DNA of 64,000 nucleotides from assembly GCA_963718875.1 (NCBI GenBank), contig OY970378.1:196396-260395 (forward strand). Direction: 5' to 3'. The DNA comes from Candidatus Parcubacteria bacterium (GTDB taxonomy: Bacteria; Patescibacteriota; Saccharimonadia; UBA4664; JBIOIQ01). Under the pieces are notes generated by a model that made no database searches, was not told the DNA's origin, and saw nothing but the letters and a program-made list of their open reading frames with translations. Positions 47,413 through 57,757 of the stretch are shown here, one piece after another (the first letter of the stretch is position 1; every line of letters starts with the position of its first letter). A program made the translations under genes and the position numbers.

Positions 47413-49296
47413 ATGAATAAACTAATCACCAAACAAAGGCTGGCTGTTTGGTTGCTTGTATGTTTGACAATTCCGTGGAAGTTCGGAGGTAAAGAGCAAG
47501 TTGCTATTTTGGTTGATTTTCTATTGCTAGTTTTGGCGTCTTTCCTGTTGTTGCGCTCGCCTGAAATCAAATCAACCGTTGTAAAGGGCCCTATGTGGTT
47601 GCCCTTTGCCTTCTTGAGTTGGGCGTCTTTATCATTGATTTGGTCAGTTAATCGCTATCAGACGGTTGTTTGGCTTGAAATTACCGGCTTGGCCATAGTG
47701 GCATTCTTACTTGCCTGCAGCTTTGGTCGCATAAAACAGCTACGAAATGAGTGGTTAAATGGTTATCAGCTAATTGCGACCATCACAGCCATGTGGGGTA
47801 TTTTTATATATTTGACGCAGAGTTACGATCGTTTGACCTCAAGCTTTTATTTAGCCAATCCTTTGGCGGCTTATTTATTACCTGCATGTTTACTCAGTTT
47901 GTGGCAATTTGCCAAAACGGGCAGAAAATTGGCAGTCGTGTATGGCTCGATCTTAGGTGCGGCTTTAGTACTAGCAGATTCGCGTTCTGCTTTTGTGATG
48001 CTGGGGCTGGTGCTTGCTGTAGGAATTGCTACAAGACCTAAAGCAGTGCAAGTATTTCGCACTTTTGGACTTATAGGAGTTGTGATACTGCTTGTTGGTT
48101 CTGCTAATCTAGCTCGTGCTAATTTATTTCACCAGGACACCGTTACGCAGGGTGCAAGATTTAGCGAGCTGACAAAGGAGAGTTCCACCAGTGGTAGTGA
48201 CCGTATCAATTATTTGAAAAGCACCTTCGACATTTGGAAACAGTATCCTGTGCTAGGCACAGGTGCCGGTACTTTTGGTTCGGTTCATCCCAAATACCAG
48301 CATCGGGTAATTAGTGCATCTACTAATGCTCATAACTTTTATGCCCAAACGTTAGCTGAGTTGGGATTGGTGGGAGGACTACTGATTGCGGGTGTGGTGT
48401 TGGCGTTAGGAGCAGTGGTGGTCAAAAGCTTTCGAGCCAAAGCCGATCGAATCTTAGCGTTAGTACTTGCAGTTATGGTCCTTCACTTGGGGATTGATAT
48501 TGATGCTGCATACCCAAGTATAATGGTTATTGTAGGGACTATGAGCGGTTTTTTGGTGGCAAATGTGCGTCGGTCGCAAAACAATTTTGTCAAACACCAA
48601 TGGCCGCTAGTCTTTGCTCTGGGGTTATCGGTTGTAGCAATTGTTCCAGCTTGGGGAGGGTATGTTTCTCGCGGGTACGCCAACTCCGCTTTATTGGCTC
48701 AAGATGACGGTGATTATGCTGAAGCCTCTGAGCTTTATGCACTAGCTCATACTGGAACCACCTACGATCCAGATGTGCTTACAGCTAGGGGAATCAACCA
48801 TTTAACTTTGGGTGCAGGCTATTCCGTTAAACCTAAGGCCGAGCAAGAATATGGTAAGGCTAAGCAATTGGCTTTACGTGCTCAGCGACTTGACTTGTAC
48901 GATGCACAACATTTGCTTTTGCAAGCTCGAGTATTGCTCAAGGAGAAAGATTTTGACGCAGCTGAGAAAGTTTATAGGCATATATTAGTCCTAGATCCGT
49001 ACAATCACCCTGAATATTACGGTGATTTAGTGTATTTGTATTTGCAGAAAAATAGCTTCGAGAAAGCACTTATGACTGCAAATAAAGTTTTATTGCTATA
49101 TACTCCAAGCGTTGTAGCTAATCGTAGCCTGGATAGGAGAGTACCGGTTGAGATAGCTAAGCTTTACTATTATAGAGCTATCATATTGCAAGGAACTGAT
49201 TTAAAGCAGACTCGGGCGGACGTAAAAATGTCGTTACTTTTGAAGCCCGACAATCAAGCTGCGCAATTGTTATTGGACCAGCTAACGCGCAGCTAA
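47413..49296 (+). CDS. O-antigen ligase/Wzy_C-family membrane protein with TPR tail
   Basis: multi-TM; [24 protein letters not shown]; C-terminal TPR-like helices. Confidence 0.85.
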   Translation: MNKLITKQRLAVWLLVCLTIPWKFGGKEQVAILVDFLLLVLASFLLLRSPEIKSTVVKGPMWLPFAFLSWASLSLIWSVNRYQTVVWLEITGLAIVAFLLACSFGRIKQLRNEWLNGYQLIATITAMWGIFIYLTQSYDRLTSSFYLANPLAAYLLPACLLSLWQFAKTGRKLAVVYGSILGAALVLADSRSAFVMLGLVLAVGIATRPKAVQVFRTFGLIGVVILLVGSANLARANLFHQDTVTQGARFSELTKESSTSGSDRINYLKSTFDIWKQYPVLGTGAGTFGSVHPKYQHRVISASTNAHNFYAQTLAELGLVGGLLIAGVVLALGAVVVKSFRAKADRILALVLAVMVLHLGIDIDAAYPSIMVIVGTMSGFLVANVRRSQNNFVKHQWPLVFALGLSVVAIVPAWGGYVSRGYANSALLAQDDGDYAEASELYALAHTGTTYDPDVLTARGINHLTLGAGYSVKPKAEQEYGKAKQLALRAQRLDLYDAQHLLLQARVLLKEKDFDAAEKVYRHILVLDPYNHPEYYGDLVYLYLQKNSFEKALMTANKVLLLYTPSVVANRSLDRRVPVEIAKLYYYRAIILQGTDLKQTRADVKMSLLLKPDNQAAQLLLDQLTRS

Positions 49297-51147
49297 AGCC
49301 TGGCGGTTGTAGACCATAACTATACTCAAATCGGCGGGGGTAACACCTTGAATTCGGGCTGCCTGGCCAACGGTCTCGGGGCTGACTTCTTTTAGCCTCA
49401 CTCGGGCTTCATTACGCAGACCTTTGATAGCGTCGAAGTCGAGCTTAGCTAGTTGTTGTTCATCTTGATTACGAAGTTTCTCAGCTAAGCTTGATTGTCT
49501 CTCAAAGTAACCTCGATATTTGGCGTCTAATTCTATTTGTTCTTCGACTTCGTAGGGGTAGGCGGGTAAGTTATACAGTTCACGAGTTTCTTTTATGCTA
49601 GAACTAGGTCGTCGCAAGTATTGATATGCAGTTGGCGAACTTTTTTTCGTTGGTAAGTGGGAAGATTGATATTGAACAAGTCCTGTGTTCAATTGATCAT
49701 GTTTTTCTTTTGTATAAGCCATAATTTCATTACTAACTAAGCCTATTTCATGTCCGATTTTGGTCAGTCTTAGGTCGGCATTGTCGTTGCGTAAAAGTAA
49801 TCTGTACTCTGCTCGTGAAGTGAACATGCGGTAGGGCTCAACATGCAATTTGGTTACTAAATCTTCAATAAGAACACCTATATAAGCCTGATCACGACGC
49901 AGTATAAGCTGTGGTAGTTTTTGGACTTGCCGCGAAGCGTTTATTCCGGCCATTAGCCCTTGGGCGGCTGCTTCTTCGTACCCTGTGGTGCCGTTCATTT
50001 GCCCGGCCAAATACAATCCCTTGACCAACTTTGTTTCCAGTGTGGTTTTGATTTGATGGGGAGGAAAGTAGTCATACACAACTGCATAGCCGTGGGCTAA
50101 GAATTTGGCCTCTTCTAAGCCAGTAATGGTATGGATGATCTGCTCTTGTAGGGTTTCGTCGAAGGCCAAGGAGCCTCCTTGGATATAAATTTTGGGTTCA
50201 CTTACACCCGTGGGTTCTAGGAATATAGGGTGGCGCGAGCGGTCAGGAAAATTTACAACTTTTCGATCGAGCGAAGGACAGCTGCGAGGGGCTCGCTCGC
50301 TAATTAAGCCATTATAATTGGGGGCTTTGTCTAAGTTGGCTAAAATCATAGCGTGGGTCTTAGGGTTGGTGTAAGTAAGGTGGCAAGGAATTTGCTTTTG
50401 ATACGGCATAACCTCTCGATTGGGGTAACTAAAACTAATAGCTCCTGGAGTACCAGGGGAGGCTTCGAGAGAGTCAAAGTCAATGCTGGCTTTGTCAAGA
50501 CGGGGAGGGGTTCCAGTTTTGAGGCGCCCGTGAACTAAACCAAGCTGGTTTAGGCTCTCGGTAAGACCAAGGCTAGCTCGTTCGTCCATTCGGCCGCCGT
50601 CGCGTACGACGCGGGTGCCGACGATAATTTGGCCGGTCATAAAGGTACCGGTGGCAATAATTACGGCGTGGGCTCCAAACTCAGTGCCGTCGCCAGTTTG
50701 GACGCCGTTTATGCGTTGCGTTGCAGGTGTGTTGTTGCCTTCTGGGGTTACTCTAATTGACGGTTCGGCTAGTACTCTCTTGACCTCATCTTCGTAAAAT
50801 TCTAGATTGGGCGTACTTTTGAGCTCATCAAGCATAGTGGCATTGTAGGTGGTTTGTTCGATTTGCGCTCGGTAAGCTCTCACAGCCGGCCCTTTGCTGG
50901 TATTGAGTTCTTTCATCTGGATAGCGCTGGTATCGGCAACACGTGCCATAACCCCGCCAAGGGCGCCGATTTCACGCACCAGATGACCCTTACCAGGTCC
51001 GCCAATAGAAGGGTTGCAGGGCAACATGGCAACCTTGGCTAAAGTAGTGGTTATAAGTAAGGTTTTGGAGCCTATTTTGGCAGAGGCAATAGCCGCTTCG
51101 CACCCAGCGTGTCCAGCACCAACCACAATGACGTCATAGTGTTTCAT
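49282..51147 (-). CDS. mnmG: tRNA uridine-5-carboxymethylaminomethyl synthesis enzyme
   Basis: [52 protein letters not shown]. Confidence 0.97.
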   Translation of the reverse strand: MKHYDVIVVGAGHAGCEAAIASAKIGSKTLLITTTLAKVAMLPCNPSIGGPGKGHLVREIGALGGVMARVADTSAIQMKELNTSKGPAVRAYRAQIEQTTYNATMLDELKSTPNLEFYEDEVKRVLAEPSIRVTPEGNNTPATQRINGVQTGDGTEFGAHAVIIATGTFMTGQIIVGTRVVRDGGRMDERASLGLTESLNQLGLVHGRLKTGTPPRLDKASIDFDSLEASPGTPGAISFSYPNREVMPYQKQIPCHLTYTNPKTHAMILANLDKAPNYNGLISERAPRSCPSLDRKVVNFPDRSRHPIFLEPTGVSEPKIYIQGGSLAFDETLQEQIIHTITGLEEAKFLAHGYAVVYDYFPPHQIKTTLETKLVKGLYLAGQMNGTTGYEEAAAQGLMAGINASRQVQKLPQLILRRDQAYIGVLIEDLVTKLHVEPYRMFTSRAEYRLLLRNDNADLRLTKIGHEIGLVSNEIMAYTKEKHDQLNTGLVQYQSSHLPTKKSSPTAYQYLRRPSSSIKETRELYNLPAYPYEVEEQIELDAKYRGYFERQSSLAEKLRNQDEQQLAKLDFDAIKGLRNEARVRLKEVSPETVGQAARIQGVTPADLSIVMVYNRQALAAR

Positions 51148-51251
51148 AGAACGCAATTATACTCAATCTGAGGCTACTTTACCATGAGCGAAAGGATGAA
51201 GAGCGAAAGGATGAAGTCGGACTTCTCACGGGAAAAGAAGTACGACTAGGA

Positions 51252-51280
51252 TTGACTTTTCGGTTTTTGTTCGGTATCAT
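51252..51280 (+). promoter_or_regulatory. RAYT promoter with recA-like operator
   Basis: TTGACT-t-TTCGG-tttttg-TTCGG-TATCAT. Confidence 0.75.
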
Positions 51281-51301
51281 CTCAAAAAACAAGGAATTGT
51301 C

Positions 51302-51838
51302 ATGCCTAATTATGATCGTGAATTTGAGGAGGGGGCATTTTTTCATATTTTCAACAGAGGTAATCATCGCCAATCAGTTTTTCTCGATGATCACGACAGA
51401 TCATATTTTTTGGGATTAGTGAGTGAGAATGCCAAGAAATATGGTGTGCTGATTGCGGCATATTGTTTGATGAGGACACATTACCATTTTGCCGTGAGAC
51501 AACTTGAATTTGATTCAAGAGTTGACAAATGGATTGGTTGCTCAGTGATGAGCTACGCACATTATTTTAATGCTAAATATGATCAAGTCGGTTCGATTTT
51601 CCAATGTCGGTATAAGTCGATACGGGTATTAAGCGATTCATACTTGCTTCACCTAATAAGGTATATTCATCGTAATCCCGCAGAGTTTTGTGACCCATTG
51701 ATATATCCCTGGTCCAGTATAAGAAGCTATACTACAGGTGAGCCTGTCGTTTCTGACCCGACCTATGTATTAGATCTACTGGCTGGCCAGTCGTACGTAG
51801 ATTTTATGAACTCTGATATTTCGAGAAGTCAGACTTAG
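51302..51838 (+). CDS. REP-associated tyrosine transposase (Y1/HUH, IS200-like)
   Basis: FHIFNRGN, YCLMRTHYHF (HUH), YIHRNP, YPWSS. Confidence 0.9.
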   Translation: MPNYDREFEEGAFFHIFNRGNHRQSVFLDDHDRSYFLGLVSENAKKYGVLIAAYCLMRTHYHFAVRQLEFDSRVDKWIGCSVMSYAHYFNAKYDQVGSIFQCRYKSIRVLSDSYLLHLIRYIHRNPAEFCDPLIYPWSSIRSYTTGEPVVSDPTYVLDLLAGQSYVDFMNSDISRSQT

Positions 51839-51898
51839 TTTTGCCAAAAAGAAGTCTGACTTATTGGTGCTTGTGGCTAATGTCGCTATACTGAGGTT

Positions 51899-52681
51899 AT
51901 GCAACTGATCCAAGCAATTATTCTAGGTTTGACGCAAGGTTTGACGGAATTTATACCGGTTTCTAGCTCAGGACACCTTATTTTGGTTGGTCATTTTTTA
52001 AACTTTCCTTATAGCGGACTGGCGTTTGACACGGCTCTGGATGTTGGAACGTTAACAGCCTTATTTATTTTTTTCTGGAAGGATTTTTGGAGGCTGGCTC
52101 ACGATTTTGTACTAGGAGGTCCAGAGCGAAAGCTGGCTTGGTACATCATAATTGCGACAATTCCAGCTGTAATTGTGGGGGTTTTTATTGAAAAGGCTGC
52201 TGAGACAGTTTTTCGTTCTAATACATTGGTAGCCTTTAACTTAATATGGGTTGCAGTAGTCATGCTTATAGCGGATCGCTCGGAAGCAGTCGTGAAAAAA
52301 ATTGAGCAGATAAAATTTGGCAGTGCTTTTGCAATTGGATTAGTGCAGTGCTTGGCCTTGGTACCAGGGGTGTCCCGGTCTGGAAGTACAATTACTGCAG
52401 GGCGGTTTTTGAAACTTGATCGAGTAACCGCTATTAGGTATTCTTTTTTGCTTTCTGCACCGGTAATTTTGGGGGCAACCGCTAAGCAAATATTGAAAAG
52501 CTCAACTCTTGACCAAATGGCCTCTGCCCCGACACTTTATATTGTAGGGATCTTAGCAGCTTTAATTAGTGGCTACATTTCAATTAAGTTTTTAATTAAT
52601 TATCTTAGCAAGCATGGGTTAGGTCTGTTTGCTTATTATCGTATAGTGGCAGGCATTATTATTTTGTTAGTATTGAGGTGA
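51899..52681 (+). CDS. uppP: undecaprenyl-diphosphatase
   Basis: QGLTEFIPVSSSGHL, PGVSRSGSTI. Confidence 0.96.
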   Translation: MQLIQAIILGLTQGLTEFIPVSSSGHLILVGHFLNFPYSGLAFDTALDVGTLTALFIFFWKDFWRLAHDFVLGGPERKLAWYIIIATIPAVIVGVFIEKAAETVFRSNTLVAFNLIWVAVVMLIADRSEAVVKKIEQIKFGSAFAIGLVQCLALVPGVSRSGSTITAGRFLKLDRVTAIRYSFLLSAPVILGATAKQILKSSTLDQMASAPTLYIVGILAALISGYISIKFLINYLSKHGLGLFAYYRIVAGIIILLVLR

Positions 52682-53268
52682 GTTTAACTTCTGTTGCCCA
52701 AGATCTATTGGCGGGTCTTGGTTATGGGGGGTTAGCTTTCGGGCTTGTTATTGATAGCGCTGGGGTACCAATACCGTCGGAAGTTTTATTGCCACTAGCT
52801 GGAGCCCTGGCACGCCAAGGACGGTTTAACTTGGCGGTTGTGATTATTGTAGGGACGCTTGCTCAAACAGTAGGGGCAATCTTAGCGTATTGGATTGGAG
52901 CGTATGGCGGCTTGCCACTGATCCAACGCTATGGCAAATACGTTATGTTTAGTCATCATGAGTTAGTGAAGACCCAAAAGCTGTTTGATCGTTATGGGGC
53001 TTGGCTGACGCTTGCTGGAAGGTGTCTGCCTGGCATAAGAACCTATATCGGATATCCGGCAGGGTTAGCACGGATGCGATTTAGTGTATTTGTGTTTGCA
53101 TCGGCGGTTGGGTCATTGTTATGGACGGTTTTTTTGGCAATATTGGGCTATCAGCTAGCAAACCATCTCGAATCGATTGACCGGTTATTCGGTCCGTTTG
53201 GGTTAATTCTGGCGACGGTGTCTATAATTGTATTCATTTGGTATGTACGTAAAACACGCAAACACTAA
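52678..53268 (+). CDS. DedA-family membrane protein
   Basis: PIPSEVLLPLAG, GRCLPGIRTYI..PAG. Confidence 0.92.
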   Translation: MSLTSVAQDLLAGLGYGGLAFGLVIDSAGVPIPSEVLLPLAGALARQGRFNLAVVIIVGTLAQTVGAILAYWIGAYGGLPLIQRYGKYVMFSHHELVKTQKLFDRYGAWLTLAGRCLPGIRTYIGYPAGLARMRFSVFVFASAVGSLLWTVFLAILGYQLANHLESIDRLFGPFGLILATVSIIVFIWYVRKTRKH

Positions 53269-53348
53269 TTTTGTGCAAAAAACTAGCTTGAAACTCTTCC
53301 AGCTATCGCAGCAAGCAATGAATTGCTTTACAATAAGGTGAGCGACTT

Positions 53349-54632
53349 ATGAAATACGAACACTCAACACTTAATAATGGTTTGCGAGTAATCACGGCTA
53401 ACATCCGTGATTCATTTAGTGTTGCTAGCTGTATTATGGCTGGAGTAGGCAGTCGTTATGAGGATTATGACACTAATGGAGGTGTGTCGCACTTTTTAGA
53501 GCACTTGTTGTTTAAGGGTACTGTTAAGCGACCTAGTCCGGAGGCAATTGCATTAGAAGTTGATGGGGTTGGAGGTAACACTAATGCTTATACCACTTAT
53601 GATTTAACAAACTTTTATATGCGCATGCCTCGCCCACAAGCAGAGCTGTCGTTGGACATACTGAGCGACATGGTGCGCAATCCACTGTTTGACCTAACTG
53701 AGGTTGATCGTGAGCGTGGGGCTGTGATAGAAGAGATGAATATGCGCCAAGATGATCCAAGTCTTCATGTGCATGAATTGTTACCGTCGTTACTATGGCC
53801 CCATGACCCTCTTGGGAAGCCTTTGATTGGTAGTAAGGAAATAATTCAGACTATATCTAGAGATGCTATTGCCGAATTTCAGCGTCTGCATTACAGCCCG
53901 GAGAATTTGGTAGTTGCGATGGCTGGAGATGTGCAGCACGAAGATGTTTTAAAAATGGTAGAGCGGTACATGGGTGATATGAAGTCGTTTAAGACCCCTA
54001 ACTTAGCTCCAGTGCGGGCCGAAATCAGCCCTAAGCTTGTAAATAGCGTTATTAATGCTACCAACCAAGCTCATATAGTCATTGGTTGTTATGGTTATCC
54101 TTATAACCATCCAAATGATGCTGCTGCCCGAGTGGCTACCTATATATTGGGAGTTGGGATGTCTTCACGGCTGTTTGTAAACGTACGAGGCCGCCAAGGG
54201 CTGGTTTATGGGGTGTATGCTGACTATGACAATTTGGTTGATACTGGTCAGTTTAGTGTTTACGCAGGGATCAACTTGGATAAGATTGAAGCGGCGGTGA
54301 GCTCGATCATGTTTGAATTGTTCCGTATTGCCAAAGAAGCAGTTAATCCTGAGGAGTTGGCAAAGGTAAAGAACAAGATGAGCGGAGGCTTGCAAATGGC
54401 GTTGGAAAACACATTTGCGGTTGCAGATAGGATTGGAACTCGGTTATTATTGTTGGATCAGATTAAAACGCCCGAACAGACATTGGCCGAAATAGCGGCA
54501 GTTACTGTTGAAGACGTAAAGCGGGTGGCAGGTGAGATGTTTCGGCCGGACCGGTTACGTTTAGCAGTTATTGCCCCTGACATTGCCCCCGCCGAGCAAA
54601 CCTTCAAACAAATGATAGCAAAGGAAGCATAA
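53349..54632 (+). CDS. M16 (pitrilysin) family zinc peptidase
   Basis: HFLEH (HxxEH), NAYT, GMSSRLF. Confidence 0.93.
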   Translation: MKYEHSTLNNGLRVITANIRDSFSVASCIMAGVGSRYEDYDTNGGVSHFLEHLLFKGTVKRPSPEAIALEVDGVGGNTNAYTTYDLTNFYMRMPRPQAELSLDILSDMVRNPLFDLTEVDRERGAVIEEMNMRQDDPSLHVHELLPSLLWPHDPLGKPLIGSKEIIQTISRDAIAEFQRLHYSPENLVVAMAGDVQHEDVLKMVERYMGDMKSFKTPNLAPVRAEISPKLVNSVINATNQAHIVIGCYGYPYNHPNDAAARVATYILGVGMSSRLFVNVRGRQGLVYGVYADYDNLVDTGQFSVYAGINLDKIEAAVSSIMFELFRIAKEAVNPEELAKVKNKMSGGLQMALENTFAVADRIGTRLLLLDQIKTPEQTLAEIAAVTVEDVKRVAGEMFRPDRLRLAVIAPDIAPAEQTFKQMIAKEA

Positions 54633-55258
54633 TGAAAGTTGACCCTTCTAAACTAGACGCATTAAGACGCGAACGTTCTTTAGTAGTAATTAAGCCGGAC
54701 GGAGTTATGCGCCGGATTGTAGGGGAGTTAATTACTCGATTTGAGCGCAAGGGGCTTAAAATTGCCGCCATGAAGATGATTTGGCCTACAGATGAACTGG
54801 CCGAACGCCACTATATTGATAGCGAAGAATGGCTACTTGATACCGGCACAAAAACCTTTAATAGTTATATTGAGAAGGGCATTCAACCCGAAGAAACACC
54901 TCGAGAGATTGGAATGCGGGTAAGGAAACTACTAATTGATCATTTGACGGCTGGTCCGGTGGTGGCAATGGTGATGGAGGGAGCGCATGCAATTGAAGTT
55001 TTGCGTAAAATGCGCGGCGCTACCAGTCCGCTAAAAGCCGACGTGGGTACGATTGGCTTTGATTATACCCTGGAATCATATGAGCTGAGTGATGCTGGTG
55101 ATTGGGCTATCAAGAATGTGTTGCATGCATCAGATTCAATGGCCAACTACCAGCGCGAAAGTGAGATTTGGTTTGATAAAGGCGAAATTATTAATTATGA
55201 TACGGCAATTGACCACGTGCTTTATACCAATGATTGGTTCCAAAAACGCGATAAGTAA
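54632..55258 (+). CDS. ndk: nucleoside-diphosphate kinase (long CPR-type)
   Basis: VIKPDGVMR, NVLHASDS. Confidence 0.92.
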   Translation: MKVDPSKLDALRRERSLVVIKPDGVMRRIVGELITRFERKGLKIAAMKMIWPTDELAERHYIDSEEWLLDTGTKTFNSYIEKGIQPEETPREIGMRVRKLLIDHLTAGPVVAMVMEGAHAIEVLRKMRGATSPLKADVGTIGFDYTLESYELSDAGDWAIKNVLHASDSMANYQRESEIWFDKGEIINYDTAIDHVLYTNDWFQKRDK

Positions 55259-55689
55259 TGAAGTCAGAAACTGATTGCCCATTTTGTAATCGGGAAACGC
55301 AGGCTTCTTGGATTGTAGAACAAGCTGAACTAACCTACGTGATACTGAGTAATCCCAGGTTATTGAAAGGTCATATTCTGGTCATTCCTAAACGACACGT
55401 CGAAAAGCCCTGGGAGCTAACGCCTGAGGAGAGATTAGGCATTTTCAAAATGGTTGATAAATATGAGCAGCTGCTGTTAGCAAACGGAGCTACCGGGGTT
55501 GATATCCGTCAAAATTATCGGCCGTTTTTAACTCAAAATAGAGTAAAAGTTGATCATGTCCATTTTCATGTTTTGCCTCGAACGCTTGAAGATGACTTAT
55601 ACCAGCGCAGTATGAAATACGAGCTGGATATATTTGCTGAATTACCAGATGAAGAGCGCGATGATGTTCTGCGAATGCTGAAAAGTTAG
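55258..55689 (+). CDS. HIT-family protein
   Basis: CPFC, GHILVIPKRH, HVHFHVLPR. Confidence 0.92.
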   Translation: MKSETDCPFCNRETQASWIVEQAELTYVILSNPRLLKGHILVIPKRHVEKPWELTPEERLGIFKMVDKYEQLLLANGATGVDIRQNYRPFLTQNRVKVDHVHFHVLPRTLEDDLYQRSMKYELDIFAELPDEERDDVLRMLKS

Positions 55690-56067
55690 CAGATACTTTT
55701 AGGAATCTTTTAAGTAATACATAAACCAGGTCAAGCTCATTGGATTCTTAACAATCGCATTTTTGTGTTTCGATTTAGCCTCTCAATGTTAGCTGGCATT
55801 TATCGTCCTCTTTCTTTTATTGCCTGAGCTTGTCGAAGGCCAAACTTCGGAATCTTTTAATGTCGCGAATCCAATACCATACTATCATCCTGAACTGTTT
55901 CAATATCCATCGACTGATTTCACCAACAGGAGTGCCTATGTTATTTTACCCTTTTTAGCAATTATATAATTCCAAATTTGTTTGGTCACACTTCCAATCG
56001 AGTAAGCCAAAATATTGACATTTTCAGCCATATGCTTCAACCAGACATTGACTTTTATGTTGAGACC

Positions 56068-56097
56068 AATAATTATATAACTAGTTATATAATTATT
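56068..56097. promoter_or_regulatory. perfect 30-bp AT palindrome, putative operator
   Basis: aataattatataactagttatataattatt, just downstream of TTGACT at 56048. Confidence 0.6.
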
Positions 56098-56149
56098 AAA
56101 ACATCCAAAATGAATTAAGGGAGGGGGATGAAACGCCCAAATTCATTTA

Positions 56150-56383
56150 TTGGAGAAAGAGGTTATTTTGTATAAGCAGTATACCCGCAAGTTGGGCAAG
56201 ATTGGACGGACCAAAACACCGTCGTATTACATGACGTTGCCTATGGAGCTTGTTAAAGAGCTGAAGTGGAGAGATGGCCAGGAGTTGGTGGTGAGACGTG
56301 CTCAAACAGGTAATCATTTGATCATCGAAACGGTTTGGCATGACGATCCTAGATCAAGGACAAACTTTCGTGCTGATTCCTGA
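56150..56383 (+). CDS. AbrB/MazE-like DNA-binding protein
   Basis: SYYMTLPMELVKELKWRDGQELVV; the SD-preceded ATG at 56128 is one base out of frame. Confidence 0.75.
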   Translation: MEKEVILYKQYTRKLGKIGRTKTPSYYMTLPMELVKELKWRDGQELVVRRAQTGNHLIIETVWHDDPRSRTNFRADS

Positions 56384-56816
56384 AACAATATTTGAATCGA
56401 GCCAAGTTTTCGAAGGCACTAAAGGGTTGGTGTTTATTGGCGACAAAATAATTGTTTATCGTCGTGATAAAAATGCTCCTCAACATCCCTTAAAGCTTGA
56501 CGTTCCGGGTGGCGGTAGGGAGGGCAATGAAACGCCGTTTCAAAACTTTCAACGTGAGGTTAATGAAGAGTTTGGGCTCAACCTCACTAGAGATGATTTG
56601 AGATATGGCCGTCGCTACGAAGCAAGCGACGGTTCTGGGCGGATTGGATATTATTTAGTTGCAAAACTCGAGGTGGTTGAGGCTGAAAAAATTGTGTTTG
56701 GAAACGAAGGGCAGGATTTTACGCTTATGACCCTAGAAGAGTTTTTAGATAGACATGATGTTTGGCCAGCCTACCAAGAACGCTCAAAGGATTATTTGGA
56801 AACCTTAAAAAGGTAG
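56340..56816 (+). CDS. NUDIX hydrolase
   Basis: PGGGREGNETPFQNFQREVNEEFG Nudix box. Confidence 0.9.
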   Translation: MTILDQGQTFVLIPETIFESSQVFEGTKGLVFIGDKIIVYRRDKNAPQHPLKLDVPGGGREGNETPFQNFQREVNEEFGLNLTRDDLRYGRRYEASDGSGRIGYYLVAKLEVVEAEKIVFGNEGQDFTLMTLEEFLDRHDVWPAYQERSKDYLETLKR

Positions 56817-56902
56817 AATCAAAAACCAAGCTTTGATATTTTGTGGTCGCGTATTAAGATTTAAAGCCTGGTTTTAGTGTCGATGGTACAATGACTAGAC
56901 TT

Positions 56903-56977
56903 GCCCCCATAGTTCAATGGATAGAACACGTCCGTCCTAAGGATAAGATCTCCGTTCGAGTCGGAGTGGGGGCACCA
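56903..56977 (+). tRNA. tRNA-Arg(CCT)
   Basis: gccccca/tgggggc acceptor stem, TTCGAGT T-loop, anticodon CCT, encoded CCA. Confidence 0.92.
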
Positions 56978-57035
56978 GATTACGCTGGAAGCTTTGTCTG
57001 GTAAGCCAAGTAGCTTATGGTACAATCGAGCCAAG

Positions 57036-57620
57036 ATGAAGCAAGAGCCAAAAGTGTCAACTGTAAAAGGTCAAAAGATGAAGGTCGAGAAGGCGTCGAA
57101 ACCCTTCCCTGGCCAGCACAACGGTGAGGTTGTTCAGCTGGTGTTTCGCCAGCATCCTGTAGTAATGCGAAAAACCTTTATTTTTAGCATGTTTATAATT
57201 CTGATTGGCTTGATGCCTCTTTTGCTCTGGGCAATGACACCTTTGGTTGGGAGTGAGGTTTTTTATAATTTTGGAGTCAAAGTAGCGTGGGCTGGTCCGG
57301 TGGTGGCAATACTAAGCATGGTCTATCGCTGGATTGGTTGGTACTACAGTGTCTATATAGTGACGAATGAACGGATCGTTGAGATCAAGCAGAAGGGTTT
57401 TTTTGATCGCCGGGTCAGCGAGTATGGTTTAGACAAAGTTCAAAACGTCAACTATCACGTGAGTGGAATCCAGGGGGCAGTTCTCCAGTTTGGCGATATA
57501 ACGGCACAGACATACGTAGGCGATCTGTTAATGTCCAAAATTCATAAGCCGGTACGTATTCATGAACAGATTGTGGAGGTGGTGCGGCAGTTTAATAGCT
57601 CGACACCAAAGTCTAATTAG
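57036..57620 (+). CDS. membrane protein with bacterial PH domain
   Basis: two TMs, YIVTNERIVEI.QKGFF. Confidence 0.75.
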   Translation: MKQEPKVSTVKGQKMKVEKASKPFPGQHNGEVVQLVFRQHPVVMRKTFIFSMFIILIGLMPLLLWAMTPLVGSEVFYNFGVKVAWAGPVVAILSMVYRWIGWYYSVYIVTNERIVEIKQKGFFDRRVSEYGLDKVQNVNYHVSGIQGAVLQFGDITAQTYVGDLLMSKIHKPVRIHEQIVEVVRQFNSSTPKSN

Positions 57621-57757
57621 GGTACCATAACTGGGAACGAATCTTTGTTATAACTTAAGCATGTTACCGTTTAAAGTACCAAAGCTGGTGAACGTGGTAT
57701 AGAAAAGATTTTGGTGGAGAACGATCGTTATTGTAATTGGGGTTAAAGGAGTTTTCA

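Larger units (their letters stand above)
51186..51862 (+). mobile_element. RAYT locus flanked by AAGTC-N-GACTT REP palindromes
   Basis: gaagtcggacttc 51213-51225, gaagtcagactt 51825-51836, gaagtctgactt 51851-51862; 15-bp tandem duplication 51186-51215. Confidence 0.75.

Noticed and set aside
56903-56977. tRNA as an attachment site for an integrated element
   Set aside because: No duplicated tRNA 3' end and no adjacent integrase found.
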